Origin: Oscillibacter sp.
GTDB taxonomy: Bacteria; Bacillota; Clostridia; Oscillospirales; Oscillospiraceae
Direction of reading: 5' to 3'
Length of the DNA stretch: 60,336 nucleotides
Assembly (NCBI GenBank): GCA_003522105.1
Contig: DPGF01000072.1
Coordinates: 1 to 60,336 of the forward strand
The notes beneath the pieces were generated by a model that did no database searches, was not told the origin of the DNA, and saw nothing but the letters and a program-made list of their open reading frames with translations. Numbering within the stretch: position 1 is the stretch's first letter; each line of letters begins with the position of its first letter. A program made the translations under genes and the position numbers. This document shows positions 57,965-60,336 of the stretch, piece by piece.

Positions 57965-58491
57965 ATCGTTACGAGTGTGCGCGGCGTCAGCGCGTCGATG
58001 TCGTGCGTCAGAAGCAGGACGCGCGCGGACAAAATGCCGTCGAACATGGTGAAGAAAACCGCAGGCAGCGCCGCCGCCTCCGAAAGCTGCGCCGCAAAAT
58101 CCGCAAGAACCGGCTGCACATACCGCACGGCAAGCAGGGTCAGCACGCCCCAGCAGAGGGAAAACGGCAGGCAAATGCGCCCGTTCACGTCGCATTTTGT
58201 TGCGGAATAATCCCAGAAGCGCACGGCAAACAGCTTTTCGTATGCCCAGTGCACAGCGTACTCCACACTCGTCGACACAAGCGTCCCGAGCAGAAGCTGC
58301 TCCCATGCGCCGGGCAAGTCCTCCGCTCCCAGCAGCAAAATCGCAAGCATGGCAAAACCGTACACCGGGCAAAGCGGCAGAAAGACAAAGCAGCGCCGCA
58401 GCCGGTGCTTTGACCGCGTCGCCGCGGCAAAAAGTTTTTCAAGGCAGTATCCCAAAAAGCTGTAAGCAAACCAATACCAGATAAATTCCAT
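57946..58491 (-). CDS. Membrane protein, 'putative ABC transporter permease' (DUF1113-like) family
   Basis: YSFLGY.LE, P.CPVYG, WDYS...NGRICL.FSL.WG motifs. Confidence 0.8.
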   Translation of the reverse strand: MEFIWYWFAYSFLGYCLEKLFAAATRSKHRLRRCFVFLPLCPVYGFAMLAILLLGAEDLPGAWEQLLLGTLVSTSVEYAVHWAYEKLFAVRFWDYSATKCDVNGRICLPFSLCWGVLTLLAVRYVQPVLADFAAQLSEAAALPAVFFTMFDGILSARVLLLTHDIDALTPRTLVTISRRTA

Positions 58492-58613
58492 GCATTCCTC
58501 CGCGGTCTTTTTTCTCAGTATGGTCGCAGCGGCAGGAAAAATGCGCTCTGCGCGCGTTGCAATGCGCGGGGAATCATGGTAAAATAGCAAAAAATCGACA
58601 GGAGAACATCATT

Positions 58614-59192
58614 ATGCCTGATACCTGGGAAGCTCTGGAACACGAGTGCAGAAATTGCCGCGAATGCTCGCTGTGCGAAACGCGCACGAACGTCGTCTTC
58701 GGCGTCGGCAATCAGAATGCTGAAGTTTTATTCATCGGTGAAGGCCCCGGCGCGAACGAGGACGCACAGGGCGAACCGTTTGTCGGCCGCGCGGGACACC
58801 TGCTCGACGATATGCTTGAGATCATCGGCCTGAAGCGCGACGATGTGTACATCGCAAATATCGTCAAATGCCGCCCGCCCGAAAACCGCGACCCGCTCGG
58901 CGTGGAGCAGGAGGCCTGTATCGGCTATCTCCGCCGTCAGGCAGCACTCCTGCGCCCGAAGATCATCGTCTGCCTCGGGCGCATCGCGGCCATGCGCATC
59001 ATCAAGCCCGACTTCAAGATCACGCGCGAACACGGGCAGTGGTTTGAAAAGAGCGGCATTCAGATGATGGCCGTCTACCACCCCGCGGCGCTGCTGCGCG
59101 ACCCGCGCCGCCGCCCGGAGACCTTCGAGGACTTCAAGTCCTTGCAGCAGAAGATCAATGAGTTTTGCGAGCACACCCATGCCAATTCCTAA
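58614..59192 (+). CDS. Family 4 uracil-DNA glycosylase (Fe-S)
   Basis: [29 protein letters not shown] and YHPAALL motifs. Confidence 0.93.
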   Translation: MPDTWEALEHECRNCRECSLCETRTNVVFGVGNQNAEVLFIGEGPGANEDAQGEPFVGRAGHLLDDMLEIIGLKRDDVYIANIVKCRPPENRDPLGVEQEACIGYLRRQAALLRPKIIVCLGRIAAMRIIKPDFKITREHGQWFEKSGIQMMAVYHPAALLRDPRRRPETFEDFKSLQQKINEFCEHTHANS

Positions 59193-59266
59193 TGGAAAAT
59201 TCATACTTTTGACATTCTCGTCCCCAAGTCACGTCTGATATTGGCGCTTTTTGGATAAAAATGCCC

Positions 59267-59295
59267 TTGACGGGCACTTTTGTGTGTGCTATATT
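59267..59295 (+). promoter_or_regulatory. Sigma-A promoter of the leader/ABC transporter operon
   Basis: TTGACG, 17-bp spacer ending in TG-n, TATATT. Confidence 0.7.
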
Positions 59296-59326
59296 ACAAA
59301 CATCTTTTAGAAAGGATCTTGAGCAG

Positions 59327-59422
59327 ATGATGAAAGCCGTTTGCAGCAACGTATATCGCTATTATTACTCTTACTTTTATTGCAAGAAAAAAGTAAGAGC
59401 GATTTGTGATGCCCGTAACTGA
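59327..59422 (+). CDS. Tyr-rich leader peptide MMKAVCSNVYRYYYSYFYCKKKVRAICDARN
   Basis: AGAAAGGA RBS; 6 Tyr and 1 Phe codon within 9 codons; lies between the promoter and a terminator. Confidence 0.75.
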   Translation: MMKAVCSNVYRYYYSYFYCKKKVRAICDARN

Positions 59423-59470
59423 ACGGTTTCCACCAACACTGAAAGGTCACTTCGATCAGAGTTGCGTTAA

Positions 59471-59519
59471 AAAACCCGCCGTATGGACCACAAGTCCGTA
59501 CAGCGGGTTTTCTTATTTT
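59471..59519 (+). terminator. Attenuator terminator upstream of the ABC lipoprotein
   Basis: AAAACCCGCCGTATGGAC-CACAA-GTCCGTACAGCGGGTTTT-CTTATTTT. Confidence 0.78.
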
Positions 59520-59551
59520 CACAACAAATAAAAAATTGGAGGAAAAAAAGC

Positions 59552-60336
59552 ATGAACACCAAACGTATCGTTTCTCTCTTTGCCTCTCTCTCCCTCGTTC
59601 TCAGCATGAGCCTGGGTCTGACCGGCTGCGGCGACAAGGCCGCGCAGGACGACAATCAGGGCAGCACCGACGGCGAAAGCACGAAGTACACTGTCGGCAT
59701 CTGCCAGCTCGTACAGCACGAGGCGCTCGACGCCGCCACGCAGGGCTTCATCGACGCGCTGAATGAGGCTCTGCCCGGCCAGGTCAAGATTGTGAACAAG
59801 AACGCTTCCGGCGACAGCGCCAACTGCTCTACCATCGTCAATGGCTTTGTCTCCGACAAGGTCGACCTCATCATGGCGAACGCCACCGGCGCGCTGACCG
59901 CCGCCGCTGCCGCCACGAGCGATATCCCCATTCTCGGCACCTCGATCACCGCTTACGGCGTTGCCCTCGACATTGATGACTTTGACGGCACGGTCGGCGG
60001 CAACATCTCCGGTACAAGCGACCTTGCCGACCTTGAGGCGCAGGCAAACATGATCAGTGAGTGGTTCCCCGAGGCCAAGAAGGTCGCGCTGCTGTTCTGC
60101 TCTGCCGAGCCCAACTCCCGCTACCAGATTGAAGAGGTCGCCAAGTGCCTCTCCGATAAGGGCATTGAAACGAAGGAATTTGCCTTTACCGACACGAACG
60201 ACGTCGCTTCCGTCACGCAGTCCGCTGCCGACTATGCAGATGTTGTCTATGTCCCCACCGACAACATCGCCGCCTCCAACACTGAGGCCATCGCAAACAT
60301 CCTCGTTCCGGCAGGCGTGCCCGCCATCTGCGGCGA
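59552..60336 (+). CDS. ABC transporter substrate-binding lipoprotein (ABC_sub_bind family, probably aromatic amino acid-binding); runs off the window end
   Basis: GGAGG RBS; lipobox LTGC; VGICQLVQHEALDAATQGF, ANAT, NISGTSD, SAEPNS and VPTDN motifs. Absent from the ORF track because there is no stop in the window. Confidence 0.9.
   Translation, partial: MNTKRIVSLFASLSLVLSMSLGLTGCGDKAAQDDNQGSTDGESTKYTVGICQLVQHEALDAATQGFIDALNEALPGQVKIVNKNASGDSANCSTIVNGFVSDKVDLIMANATGALTAAAAATSDIPILGTSITAYGVALDIDDFDGTVGGNISGTSDLADLEAQANMISEWFPEAKKVALLFCSAEPNSRYQIEEVAKCLSDKGIETKEFAFTDTNDVASVTQSAADYADVVYVPTDNIAASNTEAIANILVPAGVPAICG

Noticed and set aside
1..60336. CRISPR array, rRNA, tRNA or intact transposase/integrase
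   Set aside because: I saw no regularly spaced repeat-spacer array, tRNA cloverleaf, rRNA signature or recombinase motif. The palindromes found are single terminator hairpins or operators.

Overview
A GC-rich (roughly 60% by eye) chromosomal segment from a spore-forming Clostridia member, probably Oscillospiraceae-like (an inference from gene content and codon style). The first ~680 bp are the AT-rich edge of a decayed mobile element: a truncated, frameshifted tnpV, a strong promoter, and a small cargo gene. That gene is flanked by two copies of a 22-bp motif that includes its RBS and is broken by a 7-bp tandem duplication. The rest is mostly housekeeping. It holds two Crp/Fnr regulators, nfnAB, ppa, an SLH protein, trxA, a TetR module, a small alarmone synthetase, copA/csoR, a PLD, the NifU-like + GGGtGRT pair, a T-box-controlled stand-alone trpB and rplM-rpsI. 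It also holds sporulation genes (yaaL-like, bofA, spoIID, spoIVB, spo0A), a two-component system with htrA, the dcw cluster (mraZ to ftsZ, without murD/murF/ftsA and split by an inverted EEP gene), rsmD-coaD, asp23-fakA, a minimal SufC/SufB pair, an ECF S component + YwlG, glpK, UDG and the start of an ABC substrate-binding lipoprotein. The most interesting unannotated signals are: (1) a Tyr-rich leader peptide plus terminator before the ABC lipoprotein, a probable ribosome-mediated tyrosine attenuator in a Firmicute; (2) the repeat-bounded, cassette-like gene downstream of tnpV; (3) an in-frame internal RBS/ATG that could make a free CopZ from the copA 3' end; (4) a Trp T-box with two interlocking terminators followed by a small ORF. 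I found no CRISPR array, rRNA or tRNA. All calls come from reading the sequence; no searches or folding programs were run.
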